Origin: Candidatus Moraniibacteriota bacterium
GTDB taxonomy: Bacteria; Patescibacteriota; Minisyncoccia; Moranbacterales; UBA9337
DNA length: 33,538 nucleotides
Direction of reading: 5' to 3'
Assembly (NCBI GenBank): GCA_034007405.1
Contig: JAVEQZ010000001.1
Coordinates: 1 to 33,538, forward strand
In this document: positions 13,906 to 23,320 of the stretch, in pieces
Position numbering within the stretch: position 1 is the first letter of the stretch
Layout: each line of letters opens with the position of its first letter
Program-made: the position numbers and the translations under genes
The notes under the pieces: model-generated
Told to the model about the DNA's origin: nothing
What the model saw: only the letters and a program-made list of their open reading frames with translations
The model's database searches: none

Positions 13906-16104
13906 ATGCAACTAGTTATCGTAGAGTCCCCTTCCAAATCGAAAACCATCAAAAAATATCTCGGCCCCGGATATGAGGTAAAATCTTCCATCGGCCACAT
14001 TCGCGATCTGCCCAAGAGTAATAAAAAAGCGATTGAAATAGAAAAAGATTTTTTGCCTCATTATGAAATTATCGCCGGCAAAGAAAAAGTTATCGAGGAT
14101 CTGAAAAAATCCGCCAAAAAATCAAAAGAGGTTTTGCTGGCAACCGACCCTGATCGCGAAGGAGAGTCGATCGCTTGGCATTTGGCCGAAGCTCTTCAAC
14201 TGAAAAATCCCAAAAGAATCGTTTTTAACGAAATTACCAAACAAGCCGTCACCGAAGCCATCAAAAAACCTCGTCACATAGACATCAATCTAAAAAATGC
14301 CCAAGAAGCCCGCCGTGTTTTGGACAGGCTTTTCGGTTATGATTTATCCGGTTTAATCTGGAAAAAGGTTCGCTACGGACTGAGCGCCGGCCGAGTGCAA
14401 TCCCCCGCCCTGAGAATAATCGTTGAAAGAGAAAAAGAAATTCAAAATTTCAAACCGGAAAAATATTGGACCATCAACTCTCAAATGGCTAATAAAAAGA
14501 AGAGTAAATTTGAATTAATCTGTAGCCAAGAACCGCGCGACAAAAAAGAAGTGGATAAAATTCTCAAAGCCGGCAAAAAAGAAAACTGGGTTGTCGAAAA
14601 TATCACCGAAAGAGAAATTCATCGAATGCCTCATCCGCCTTTTATCACTTCCACCTTGCAACAGGTGGCTAGTTCTCGACTCGGATTCGCTCCTTCCAAA
14701 ACAATGTTTTTGGCCCAAAAGTTGTATGAATCGGGACATATCACTTACATGCGAACCGACAGCACCAACCTCAGTACCTTAGCTCAAAAACAAATTTCCC
14801 AAATAATTGCCAAAAAATTCGGCAAGGAAAAAATAAAAATCAGAAACTTCAAAACCAAAAGCAAGGTCGCCCAAGAAGCGCACGAAGCAATTCGCCCCAC
14901 CGATTTTGAAAAAATATTTGCCGGCGCCAACCCCGATCAATCCAAACTTTATAATTTAATTTGGATCCGCACAGTCGCCTCTCAAATGGAAGAAACCGCT
15001 TTACTTAGCATGAAATTAACTGTCAGAATCGGAGAAGACCAGACTATTCCCCTCTTTCAGGCCAAAGGTTCTCGCGTTCTTTCCCCGGGTTGGCTCTTGG
15101 CCGACACTTATTCCAAGAACGAAGACATTCCTTTGCCCAAGGTGGAAAAAAGTGAATTATTGACCCTCCTTGACATAGTGGCCAAAGAAAAAGAAACTCT
15201 GCCTCCGCCTCGCTACACCGAAGCCGGCCTAATCAAAGAACTGGAAAAAAGAGGCATCGGTCGCCCCTCTACTTACGCTTCCATCATCAAAACTCTCCGA
15301 GACAGAATGTATACCGAAAAAGAAGGACGAGCCCTAAAACCGACCGACACCGGAGAAACGGTCAGTAATTTTTTAAATGAAAATTTTGAAAACTATATCA
15401 GCGATTCTTTTACCGCTCAAATGGAAGATGATTTGGATGATATCGCCAATGGCAAAAAAGAATACGCCAAAATTTTGAAATCATTTTACAAACCTTTTAC
15501 CAAAGACATTAAATCCAAAGAAAAAATGGATAAGGTCACCAATTTGGGACAAGCGGATAAAAAATTCAAATGTCCGCTCTGCAAGGGCCCGATGATTATC
15601 AAATTGGGTAAAACCGGCAAGTTTATGAGCTGTGAAAAATTTCCGGACTGCGCCGGCGCTCGCACTATCGACGGAGAAATTTTGGCCGGACCGCAAGAGA
15701 CCGGAGAAAAATGTCCGCAATGCGAAACCGGCAAACTGGTCATTCGCGAAGGAAGATTTGGAAAATTCATCTCCTGCAATCAATATCCGAAATGCAAATA
15801 CATCAAAGAAGATCCCGCTGAAGCGGAAAAAAAGAAAACCGGAGTTAAATGTCCCAAATGTCAAAAGGGAGAGATGATTGAGCGTCGCGGGAGATTCGGA
15901 ATATTTTATGCTTGTTCCAATTATCCCACCTGCAAACACGCTATCAAATCCAAGCCAACCGGAAAAATTTGCGGCTATCCCCGAAGCGACAAGCCGGGAG
16001 GAAAATGCGACGAACTGATGATGGAAGGTACCAAAACCATTCCTACTCGCTGTTCCGACAAAACTTGTCCCAACCATCGACCGGATAAACTTCAAAAAGC
16101 ATAA
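13906..16104 (+). CDS. topA: DNA topoisomerase I (type IA) with C-terminal Cys4 zinc ribbons
   Basis: 732 aa. It has a TOPRIM start (LVIVESPSKSKTIKKYLG, DPDREGE) and the active-site region ITYMRTDS. Three clear CxxC...CxxxxC ribbons are present, plus a degenerate fourth. Confidence 0.95.
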   Translation: MQLVIVESPSKSKTIKKYLGPGYEVKSSIGHIRDLPKSNKKAIEIEKDFLPHYEIIAGKEKVIEDLKKSAKKSKEVLLATDPDREGESIAWHLAEALQLKNPKRIVFNEITKQAVTEAIKKPRHIDINLKNAQEARRVLDRLFGYDLSGLIWKKVRYGLSAGRVQSPALRIIVEREKEIQNFKPEKYWTINSQMANKKKSKFELICSQEPRDKKEVDKILKAGKKENWVVENITEREIHRMPHPPFITSTLQQVASSRLGFAPSKTMFLAQKLYESGHITYMRTDSTNLSTLAQKQISQIIAKKFGKEKIKIRNFKTKSKVAQEAHEAIRPTDFEKIFAGANPDQSKLYNLIWIRTVASQMEETALLSMKLTVRIGEDQTIPLFQAKGSRVLSPGWLLADTYSKNEDIPLPKVEKSELLTLLDIVAKEKETLPPPRYTEAGLIKELEKRGIGRPSTYASIIKTLRDRMYTEKEGRALKPTDTGETVSNFLNENFENYISDSFTAQMEDDLDDIANGKKEYAKILKSFYKPFTKDIKSKEKMDKVTNLGQADKKFKCPLCKGPMIIKLGKTGKFMSCEKFPDCAGARTIDGEILAGPQETGEKCPQCETGKLVIREGRFGKFISCNQYPKCKYIKEDPAEAEKKKTGVKCPKCQKGEMIERRGRFGIFYACSNYPTCKHAIKSKPTGKICGYPRSDKPGGKCDELMMEGTKTIPTRCSDKTCPNHRPDKLQKA

Positions 16105-16143
16105 AGCATCGTTCATGGAGCACTAAAAATAGAAAATAAAAAA

Positions 16144-16171
16144 CCACATACTTCCAGTGATGTGGTTTTTT
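16144..16171 (+). terminator. Intrinsic terminator after topA
   Basis: ccacat-acttccagtg-atgtgg followed by tttttt. Confidence 0.55.
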
Positions 16172-16292
16172 AAAAAATTCCGAATATCAATTTAATCCAA
16201 AATATTAAATGCCCAAATGCAATTAATTGCTATTAAAAAATTTGAATCATAAATTTTTAATTTTTCATTTTTAATTTTCAATTAAACTCTTC

Positions 16293-16321
16293 TTGCCTCT
16301 TCCATCTAAATTAATTATACT
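16293..16321 (+). promoter_or_regulatory. Candidate rel promoter (TTGCCT-17-TATACT)
   Basis: The plus strand reads ttgcctcttccatctaaattaattatact, about 30 nt upstream of the ATG. Confidence 0.45.
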
Positions 16322-16353
16322 AATATCAGTTATAAAAAATCATTCTTTCGCAT

Positions 16354-17847
16354 ATGATAATGCAAAAAACGGCCCTCAAAAATCTACTCAATTCGATCAA
16401 GGTGCCCCTGACCACCCAGCGCAAAGATTTAATCACCAAAGCTTTTGAATTTGCCGAAAAAGCTCACCAAGGACAAAAGAGGCGCTCCGGGGAAGATTAT
16501 TTTAGTCATTGCATCGCAACCGCCAATATTTTGGCCGGCATCGGTATGGGAAGTAAAACTATCGCCGCCGGATTACTGCATGATGTGCCGGAAGACACTC
16601 CCGTTACCCTGACGGAAATCAGAAAAGAATTCGGACCGGAAGTGCATGATTTGGTTGAGGGAATCACCAAATTGGGAAAGATAAAACTGAGAGAAACCAA
16701 AGAAGAATACCTATTGGAAAATCTCCGCAAAATGTTTCTAGCTATGGCTGCCGATATTCGAGTAGTGATCATAAAACTGGCCGATCGCCTTCACAATATG
16801 CGCACTATGGAATTTAATCCGCCCGAAAAAAGACCCGGCATTGCCCGAGAAACTATGGAAATATTTGTTCCCTTGGCCGATCGTTTGGGAATCGGAGAAA
16901 TTAAAGCTGAATTGGAGGATTTATCCTTTAAATATCTCGACCCAAAAAATTATGAGATGGTCAAAAAACTCCGCGATGATTATTACCGCGAAGGAGAAAA
17001 ATTTAACACTCAAGCCATCAAGGAGCTGGAAAGAGAAATCAAAAATCGCAAAATAAAAATTATTCGCATTTACGGCCGAGCTAAAAATCTCCGCAGTCTT
17101 TATTTAAAACTCGAAAAAAAAGAAATGGATATCGGTCGAATTTACGATTTGATTGCTATCAGAATTATCGTCCCCACCGTTTCGGACTGCTACGAGGTTT
17201 TGGGCATTGTTCATAAAATCTACCGCCCAATGGTGGGTCGCATCAAAGATTACATCTCCCTGCCCAAGCCCAACGGATACCAGTCCATTCACACCACCAT
17301 CTTCGGACCGCAAGGAAGAATTATGGAGGTTCAAATCCGAACTCAAAAAATGCATGACGAAGCGGAATTCGGAATCGCTTCCCACTGGATTTATAATGAA
17401 AACAAGCGTCGGGATTGGAAAAATTATTTTCGCCAAAAAGAAACCTATTCGGAAAACGAATTAACTTGGATAAAACAATTGCACGAATGGCAAAACGAAG
17501 TTGGAAAAGATAATAATGCTTTTTTGGAGGGATTAAAAATTGATTTTTTTAAAAACAGAATTTTTGCCATCACACCCAAAGGGGACGCAATCGATCTCCC
17601 CGAGGAGGCCACTCCGGTCGATTTCGCTTATGCCATCCACAGCGAGATCGGCGACTCGATAACGGGCGCCAAAGCGGACGGCAAAATGGTCCCCATCGAT
17701 TACCAGATAAAAAACGGCCAGATGATCGAAATTATGACCTCCAAAGACAAAAAAAGTCCCAATCGCAAATGGCTGGAATTTGTCAAAACTTCCAATGCCC
17801 GCGCCCACATTCGTCGCCAATTGAAAAGAAAAGATGAAATTTTATAA
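16354..17847 (+). CDS. rel: Bifunctional (p)ppGpp synthetase/hydrolase, RelA/SpoT family, lacking the C-terminal ACT/RRM region
   Basis: 497 aa. The HD hydrolase motif is HDVPEDT. The synthetase motif is DYISLPKPNGYQSIHTTI...EVQIRTQKMHDEAEFGIASHW. The TGS domain reads IFAITPKGDAIDLPEEATPVDFAYAIH. The protein ends shortly after TGS. Confidence 0.9.
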   Translation: MIMQKTALKNLLNSIKVPLTTQRKDLITKAFEFAEKAHQGQKRRSGEDYFSHCIATANILAGIGMGSKTIAAGLLHDVPEDTPVTLTEIRKEFGPEVHDLVEGITKLGKIKLRETKEEYLLENLRKMFLAMAADIRVVIIKLADRLHNMRTMEFNPPEKRPGIARETMEIFVPLADRLGIGEIKAELEDLSFKYLDPKNYEMVKKLRDDYYREGEKFNTQAIKELEREIKNRKIKIIRIYGRAKNLRSLYLKLEKKEMDIGRIYDLIAIRIIVPTVSDCYEVLGIVHKIYRPMVGRIKDYISLPKPNGYQSIHTTIFGPQGRIMEVQIRTQKMHDEAEFGIASHWIYNENKRRDWKNYFRQKETYSENELTWIKQLHEWQNEVGKDNNAFLEGLKIDFFKNRIFAITPKGDAIDLPEEATPVDFAYAIHSEIGDSITGAKADGKMVPIDYQIKNGQMIEIMTSKDKKSPNRKWLEFVKTSNARAHIRRQLKRKDEIL

Positions 17848-17850
17848 AAA

Positions 17851-17888
17851 ATAAGATTGAATAAAATAGTTATTCAATCTTATTTTTT
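17851..17888. terminator. Bidirectional intrinsic terminator between convergent rel and parB
   Basis: A 13-bp stem ataagattgaata-aaatagt-tattcaatcttat, with A-run and T-run flanks. Confidence 0.6.
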
Positions 17889-17940
17889 AATCCCGGAAAA
17901 ACGAAAATATTTTTTCTTTCTAAAATTTTTCGAAAAATTA

Positions 17941-19089
17941 TTATGCGGATTTTAGCAAATCCTCTTCATCCGCTTTTTCAATCGCGATTTCTTTGAAATC
18001 GGCCTGTACCTCTCCCGCCTCCGTCTCACTTCCCAATCCCTCCTCCGCCTCAAGATTTACTCCGGGCTCAATGGCAAAATTATTTGCAGCTTCTTCTTCT
18101 TTTTCAGCTTCTTCCGCAAAGATGGGATTGGCGGGAATATTTTTATTTTCAATCGATAAATTATCCGCAATCTTTCGCAATTCGTCCTCCGAATAATAAT
18201 CGATGATAATCTTTCCGCCTTCTCCGCCTGAGCGGGTTATTTTGACTTTGGTCCCCATCAAGACCGATAATTTTTCTTCAATTTCTTTTATGGCCGGATC
18301 AATATTGGTCAAACGTCGAAAAGGTTTTTCGGAAATTTCCTTGGTTTTATTTTCCGCCTGACGGACAGTCCAATTATTCTTTATTATCAAATCCAAAAGA
18401 GCTCTTTGTTTTTCTTGATTTTCCAAAGATAAAATGGCCTTAGCATGACCCTCGCTAATAACCCCTTCTTTCAGAGCGCGCATTGCCTCGACCGGCAATT
18501 TCAAAAGTCGCACTTTGTTAGCAACCACACTTCTGTTTTTTCCCATCTTTTGCGCCACCTCCTCTTGATTCATTTGAAACTCGTCCATCAACTGCTGAAA
18601 AGACTGCGCTTCTTCAATCGGATTAAGATTATGCCTTTGAATATTTTCAATAATCGCCAGCTCCAATTTTTCTTTCTCCTTAACGTCCTTGACAATCACC
18701 GGCACTTTTTCCAACTTGGCCAATTTGGAAGCCTGCAAACGCCTCTCCCCGGCAATCAATTCGTAATCATCTCCGTTTTGTGTAACTACCAATGGTTGCA
18801 AAATTCCATGCTCTTTGATTGAATTGGCCAACTCCTTGAGTTTATCCTGATCAAAATCGGTTCTGGGTTGATAAGGATTGGCCTTAATTTTTTCCAATTC
18901 CACCTCCAAAATTCCCTGCGCCAAAACGCTTGTCTCTTCTTTTTTTTCCAATGGTTGATCTTCCGCACTCTCCAAACTTTTTACTTTGGAAAAATCAAAA
19001 TCGGTCTTTACCTGATTATCATCTCGACTGATTTTTTTTTGCGGAATTAAGGATGAAAGTCCTCTTCCCAAGCCGTAATTTTGACCCAT
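17941..19089 (-). CDS. parB: Chromosome partitioning protein ParB/Spo0J with a long acidic C-terminal tail
   Basis: 382 aa. GLGRGLSSLIP, the ParB box LQPLVV...YELIAGERRLQASKLA and an HTH are present. An extra Glu/Ala-rich tail of roughly 70-80 aa follows. Confidence 0.9.
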   Translation of the reverse strand: MGQNYGLGRGLSSLIPQKKISRDDNQVKTDFDFSKVKSLESAEDQPLEKKEETSVLAQGILEVELEKIKANPYQPRTDFDQDKLKELANSIKEHGILQPLVVTQNGDDYELIAGERRLQASKLAKLEKVPVIVKDVKEKEKLELAIIENIQRHNLNPIEEAQSFQQLMDEFQMNQEEVAQKMGKNRSVVANKVRLLKLPVEAMRALKEGVISEGHAKAILSLENQEKQRALLDLIIKNNWTVRQAENKTKEISEKPFRRLTNIDPAIKEIEEKLSVLMGTKVKITRSGGEGGKIIIDYYSEDELRKIADNLSIENKNIPANPIFAEEAEKEEEAANNFAIEPGVNLEAEEGLGSETEAGEVQADFKEIAIEKADEEDLLKSA

Positions 19090-19167
19090 TTTTTTATTTC
19101 AAAAATAATCCGGAATTTTTCTTTGTTAACCCTGAATTATTTTTTATTTTATTTTTTTATTAATTTT

Positions 19168-19953
19168 TTATAATTTTATATCTTGATATTTTTCATCCAA
19201 CTCGATTATTTCTCGCGCGACATTTTTGTAAGATCTGGCACCTTTGGAAAAAGCGTCAAAATTCAAAATCGACTTTCCGAAACTCGGCGCCTCCGCCAAT
19301 CGTACGCTCCTGGGGATAACTCCCTCAAAAACATGCCCCGGAAAATGCTCCCTTACCTCTTTTACTACCTGACGCGCCAACCGATTGCGCCGATCATACA
19401 TCGTGAGTAAAACCCCCTTAATTTTTAAATCCGGCTGAATATTTTCTTTGACCAAACTGATGGTTTCCAAAAGCTGACTAAGCCCCTCCAGAGCGTAGTA
19501 TTCGGTTTGAACCGGAATGATTATCTCATCGCTAGCCACCAAACCGTTTATCGTCAAAAGTCCCAAACTCGGAGGACTGTCAATTATGATATAATCATAA
19601 TCCGTCCTTATTTGTCGCAAGGTGTTGTAAAGCTTAAATTCCCGATTATCCATATGGATCATTTCTATCTCCGCTCCGGCCAAGTCTTGAGAAGACGGCA
19701 AGATATCAAAATCCAAAGACTTTTTATGCAAAATTATCTCCCGCGGATGTTTACCTAAAATCATCGCTTGATAAAGATCTCCGCTCAACTCGCCGATATT
19801 GACCCCCAAACCCGAAGAAGCGTTGCCCTGAGGATCCAAATCTACCAAAAGAACCCGCTTACCCATACTGGCGAGATAAGTGGTTAAATTGACGGAAGAA
19901 GTGGTTTTTCCCACTCCGCCTTTTTGATTGACTAAGGAAATTATTTTTGCCAT
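19168..19953 (-). CDS. parA: Chromosome partitioning ATPase ParA/Soj
   Basis: 261 aa. The deviant Walker A motif is NQKGGVGKTT, and LLVDLDPQGNAS is also present. Confidence 0.93.
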   Translation of the reverse strand: MAKIISLVNQKGGVGKTTSSVNLTTYLASMGKRVLLVDLDPQGNASSGLGVNIGELSGDLYQAMILGKHPREIILHKKSLDFDILPSSQDLAGAEIEMIHMDNREFKLYNTLRQIRTDYDYIIIDSPPSLGLLTINGLVASDEIIIPVQTEYYALEGLSQLLETISLVKENIQPDLKIKGVLLTMYDRRNRLARQVVKEVREHFPGHVFEGVIPRSVRLAEAPSFGKSILNFDAFSKGARSYKNVAREIIELDEKYQDIKL

Positions 19954-20009
19954 AATTAACTATATTATAGCTTTTTTTAAAAAGTTTGAAAAGGGGGAAA
20001 TAATCATTA

Positions 20010-20038
20010 TTGACTTTGTTTAAAAAAAATAATATTCT
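20010..20038 (+). promoter_or_regulatory. Candidate promoter for tRNA-Leu (TTGACT-17-TATTCT)
   Basis: The plus strand reads ttgactttgtttaaaaaaaataatattct, about 20 nt upstream of the tRNA 5' end. Confidence 0.35.
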
Positions 20039-20057
20039 AGAGTAGTTGAAGAAATAA

Positions 20058-20143
20058 GCCCGGATGGCGAAATTGGTAGACGCGCACGACTCAAAATCGT
20101 GTGGATCTGATCCATGAGAGTTCGAGTCTCTCTCCGGGCACCA
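20058..20143 (+). tRNA. tRNA-Leu (anticodon CAA), CCA encoded
   Basis: GCCCGGA TG GCGAAATTGGTAGACGC G CACGA CT-CAA-AA TCGTG, a long variable arm, GAGAG TTCGAGT CTCTC TCCGGGC A CCA. Confidence 0.88.
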
Positions 20144-20237
20144 AAACATTAAACAAAAATAACTACTGAAATAGGGTTTATTCATGTGAATTTTTACCAC
20201 ATTGAATAATCGTGGCAAGTCTCTCTCCGAGCACATC

Positions 20238-20267
20238 AAAAAAAGAATCGAAAGATTCTTTTTTTTA
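20238..20267. terminator. Bidirectional terminator between tRNA-Leu and the convergent folD
   Basis: aaaaaaa-agaatc-gaaa-gattct-tttttttt. The T-run overlaps the folD stop codon. Confidence 0.55.
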
Positions 20268-21104
20268 TTTTACCCCGGCCAAAAAAGTGTTCTCCAAAAG
20301 ACAAGCCACAGTCACCGGTCCGACTCCGCCGGGAACGGGAGAAACAAAAACATCTTGATTTTTAAAAGATTCGATATCAACATCCCCGTGCACTTTTCCT
20401 TCAATTTTGATTATTCCGCCATCGATTACAATCGCCCCCGCTTTAACCATTGCACTATTTATTATATTTATCACTCCGCAAGCCGTCACCACCACATCCG
20501 CCCCTTTTAGCTCCTCCGAATTACTAACCAAATTGTCACAAAAAATATATTGAGCTTCGATATTTATTTTTTTAAAAGCCTCTTGCATAATAATTCCAAA
20601 ATCATCCGACACACAAATGATCACGGCCTTATTAACATTTTCTAAAGAATTTTCCCCAATAGCAAATTCAATCATCTTTATAATTGCTTTGGGAAAAACC
20701 GGAAAAATCTTACACTCCGCACCACAACAGAATTTTTTTTGATTTTCACAATGGAAACCATCCACATCCTTCTCTGGACTAATAGCATTAATAATTTTAT
20801 TTTTATCCAGTCCCTCTGGTAAGGGTAGCTGCACAATTATTCCGCTTATATTCTTATCTTTATTTAAATCTTCTATTCTAGCTAAAATTTCTTGTTCATC
20901 GATATTAGCATCGTACCTAAACAGTTTAAAATCCATTCCGATATCCCGAGCTGCTTTCTCTTTAAGCCCTACATAAATCTTGGAAGCTTCATCTTCACCA
21001 ATCAAAAAAACTGCCAAAGTCGGTTTGGTTCCCATTTCTAATATCTTGCTTTTAATATCGACTAAAATATTATCCGCTATTTCCCTACCCCTAATCAACT
21101 GCAT
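20265..21104 (-). CDS. folD: Bifunctional methylenetetrahydrofolate dehydrogenase/cyclohydrolase
   Basis: The start was moved to Met9 of the track ORF: MQLIRGREIADNIL is the usual FolD N-terminus, and GAGGT lies 5-6 nt upstream of the ATG at 21104. YVGLKEKAA, VQLPLP, DVDGFH and VPGGVGPVT motifs are present. Confidence 0.88.
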   Translation of the reverse strand: MQLIRGREIADNILVDIKSKILEMGTKPTLAVFLIGEDEASKIYVGLKEKAARDIGMDFKLFRYDANIDEQEILARIEDLNKDKNISGIIVQLPLPEGLDKNKIINAISPEKDVDGFHCENQKKFCCGAECKIFPVFPKAIIKMIEFAIGENSLENVNKAVIICVSDDFGIIMQEAFKKINIEAQYIFCDNLVSNSEELKGADVVVTACGVINIINSAMVKAGAIVIDGGIIKIEGKVHGDVDIESFKNQDVFVSPVPGGVGPVTVACLLENTFLAGVK

Positions 21105-21183
21105 AATTACCTCACTTAAATTAAACAACTTAATTCTAACCTATTTTTATAGAAAAAATCAAATATTTTATAAAAATATTATC

Positions 21184-21218
21184 AAAAAAATTAATCCAAC
21201 TATCCTAAAATAGTTGGA
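21184..21218 (-). terminator. Intrinsic terminator after recA
   Basis: A 9-bp stem tccaactat-cctaaa-atagttgga (21195-21218). The T-run lies on the minus strand (21184-21190). Confidence 0.55.
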
Positions 21219-21242
21219 CCAATTTAAAGAGAAAATATAGAT

Positions 21243-22268
21243 TTAAGCATGCATAGCCGCCTTTAAAACTAATTTCTCTATTTCATTAAATAATTTCTGA
21301 TTTTCTTTCAAATAAGCCTTGGCTTTTTCTCTACCATTGCCTAATTTTTCCTCGCCAAAAGTATATGAATTACCGGATTTTTTTATTACTTCCAATTTTA
21401 CCCCCGTATCCAGTAAATCTCCCGAACGAGAAATTCCTTCATTGTACATAATATCAAACTCGGTTGTTTGGAAAGGCGGAGCTACTTTATTTTTTACCAC
21501 TTTCACCTTTACCCTATTTCCCACCACCTGATCGCCGGATTTGATTTGGGCACTTTTTCTAATTTCAATTCTTACTGAAGAATAGAATTTCAAAGCTTGT
21601 CCACCGGAAGTGGTTTCCGGATTACCGAACATCACTCCAATTTTCATTCTTATCTGATTGATAAAAATAACCACTGTATTAGACTTACCCATTATGGGAG
21701 TTAATTTTCTTAGAGCCTGAGACATCAGCCTAGCTTGACGCCCCACATGATGATCACCCATCTCTCCTTCGATCTCAGCACGTGGTACCAGGGCAGCCAC
21801 CGAATCCACCACTATCAAATCAACTGCATTGCTTCTCACCAAAGTCTCCACGATATCCAAAGCTTGCTCTCCGGCATCCGGCTGGGAAATTAATAATTCG
21901 TTAATATTAACCCCGATCTTCTTGGCATATTCGGGATCCATAGCATGCTCAGCATCTACGAAAGCCACGGTTCCCCCAGCCTTTTGAGCATTGGCCGCTA
22001 TATGCAAAGACAGTGTTGTCTTACCGGATGATTCTGGCCCATAAACTTCAATAACACGCCCCCTAGGCACTCCTCCGATACCCAGAGCGATATCCAATGA
22101 TATGGACCCTGTCGGAATAGCAGCTACGTCAACCTTTGCTATCTCTCCTAATTTCATTATCATCCCATCTCCAAATTTTTGCTTTATTTCCGCAACCACG
22201 CTATCTACCTTGCTTCCTTTATCATTTGTCTCATTCTCTACATTTTTTTCCTTCTTTTTTATTGCCAT
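21243..22268 (-). CDS. recA: Recombinase RecA
   Basis: 341 aa. The Walker A motif is [25 protein letters not shown] and the L2 loop GNPETTSGG are present. Confidence 0.96.
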   Translation of the reverse strand: MAIKKKEKNVENETNDKGSKVDSVVAEIKQKFGDGMIMKLGEIAKVDVAAIPTGSISLDIALGIGGVPRGRVIEVYGPESSGKTTLSLHIAANAQKAGGTVAFVDAEHAMDPEYAKKIGVNINELLISQPDAGEQALDIVETLVRSNAVDLIVVDSVAALVPRAEIEGEMGDHHVGRQARLMSQALRKLTPIMGKSNTVVIFINQIRMKIGVMFGNPETTSGGQALKFYSSVRIEIRKSAQIKSGDQVVGNRVKVKVVKNKVAPPFQTTEFDIMYNEGISRSGDLLDTGVKLEVIKKSGNSYTFGEEKLGNGREKAKAYLKENQKLFNEIEKLVLKAAMHA

Positions 22269-22404
22269 ATTTTTTTAATTTATCGACCTCGACGGTTTCC
22301 CGGCACAGGTCACTTATTTATCTTCTTAATTTTAAACTATTTTCTGATAAATTCCAACACCCCGCAAATAAATATCTGGAAAGTTTTTTCCAATCGCATA
22401 AAAC

Positions 22405-23301
22405 CTAATCTTTCTTTTTCTTCTTGTCTTTTTCCTCAGTTTTTTCCTCCTCGACGGTCTCAACTCCCAAAACTTCGCTTTGAGTCTCTGCTTCTTGAAT
22501 CTCTACGCTATCCGATTCCGTCTGCGATTCATTCGTCGCTTCCTCACTCGGAGCATCATCGGCCTGAGGAGATTCTGAATTTTCTCCGACAGGCTGAGTT
22601 TCTTCCGGCTTCGACTCTTCCGGTTTACTATATCTAGCCTCCACCGAAACCGATTCAATCGCCTCTTTATTAAACTGATTAACACTTCTTGCCGTTATAA
22701 TATTCACCCCCTCTTTCAAAACTATGCTTTCACTAAAAAAACCTTCTTCATCCACCAAAACCGGCTGATTGTTTATAAATAAATTATTACCGATATCGGT
22801 TCGCCCCTTGATTGTCACGCCACTTTCTTCAATTATTGAATTATTGGCCGGATTCAAAATTACCAACTCCGGATTGGAAACGAAATTATTTAAATTCAAA
22901 TAAAGATAAAAAAGTAGACCCAAAAAAAATAAAGAAATAAAGAAAATGGATAAGATTTTGGGATTTAAGGAAAATTTGGATAAATTTATCTGTTTTGGTC
23001 CGTTCTCTTTCTTTTTATCACCGGCGATATTGTTTTGAATCCTCCTTTCCTTAATAAATGATTTTATCAAATAATCTTCATTTATACCGATGTATTCGGC
23101 AAAACTTTTCAAAAAACCTCGAACATAAACATCCGCCGGTAAATTATTATAATCTCCGTTTTCCAATTTTTCCAAATATTCCAACTGAATTTTAGTATTT
23201 TTGGCTATCTCCGGAAGGGTGATTCTTTTTTCATTTCTAGCCCTCCTCATCTTTTCACCCAAGGTCAGCGACTGGATTTTTTTTATCTTAAAACCGTTCA
23301 T
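22405..23301 (-). CDS. RodZ-like HTH (XRE-type) membrane protein
   Basis: 298 aa. The N-terminal HTH reads LGEKMRRARNEKRITLPEIAKNTKIQLEYLEKLENGDY...VYVRGFLKSFAEYIG. It has a single TM helix and an acidic C-terminal tail. Confidence 0.75.
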   Translation of the reverse strand: MNGFKIKKIQSLTLGEKMRRARNEKRITLPEIAKNTKIQLEYLEKLENGDYNNLPADVYVRGFLKSFAEYIGINEDYLIKSFIKERRIQNNIAGDKKKENGPKQINLSKFSLNPKILSIFFISLFFLGLLFYLYLNLNNFVSNPELVILNPANNSIIEESGVTIKGRTDIGNNLFINNQPVLVDEEGFFSESIVLKEGVNIITARSVNQFNKEAIESVSVEARYSKPEESKPEETQPVGENSESPQADDAPSEEATNESQTESDSVEIQEAETQSEVLGVETVEEEKTEEKDKKKKKD

Positions 23302-23320
23302 AAAAATTTCCCTAAAAAAT

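Noticed and set aside
17848-20057. Search for a canonical parS (TGTTTCACGTGAAACA) near parAB
   Set aside because: No close match was seen by eye. Absence cannot be proven without a computed scan, so it is not reported as a feature.
19859-20239. 126-aa minus-strand ORF overlapping the parA start and tRNA-Leu
   Set aside because: It covers a perfect tRNA-Leu cloverleaf on the other strand and the parA promoter region, so it is spurious.
21105-21128. Upstream Met (MFNLSEVI-) as the folD start
   Set aside because: The GAGGT SD is positioned for the ATG at 21104, and MQLIRGREIA matches the usual FolD N-terminus.
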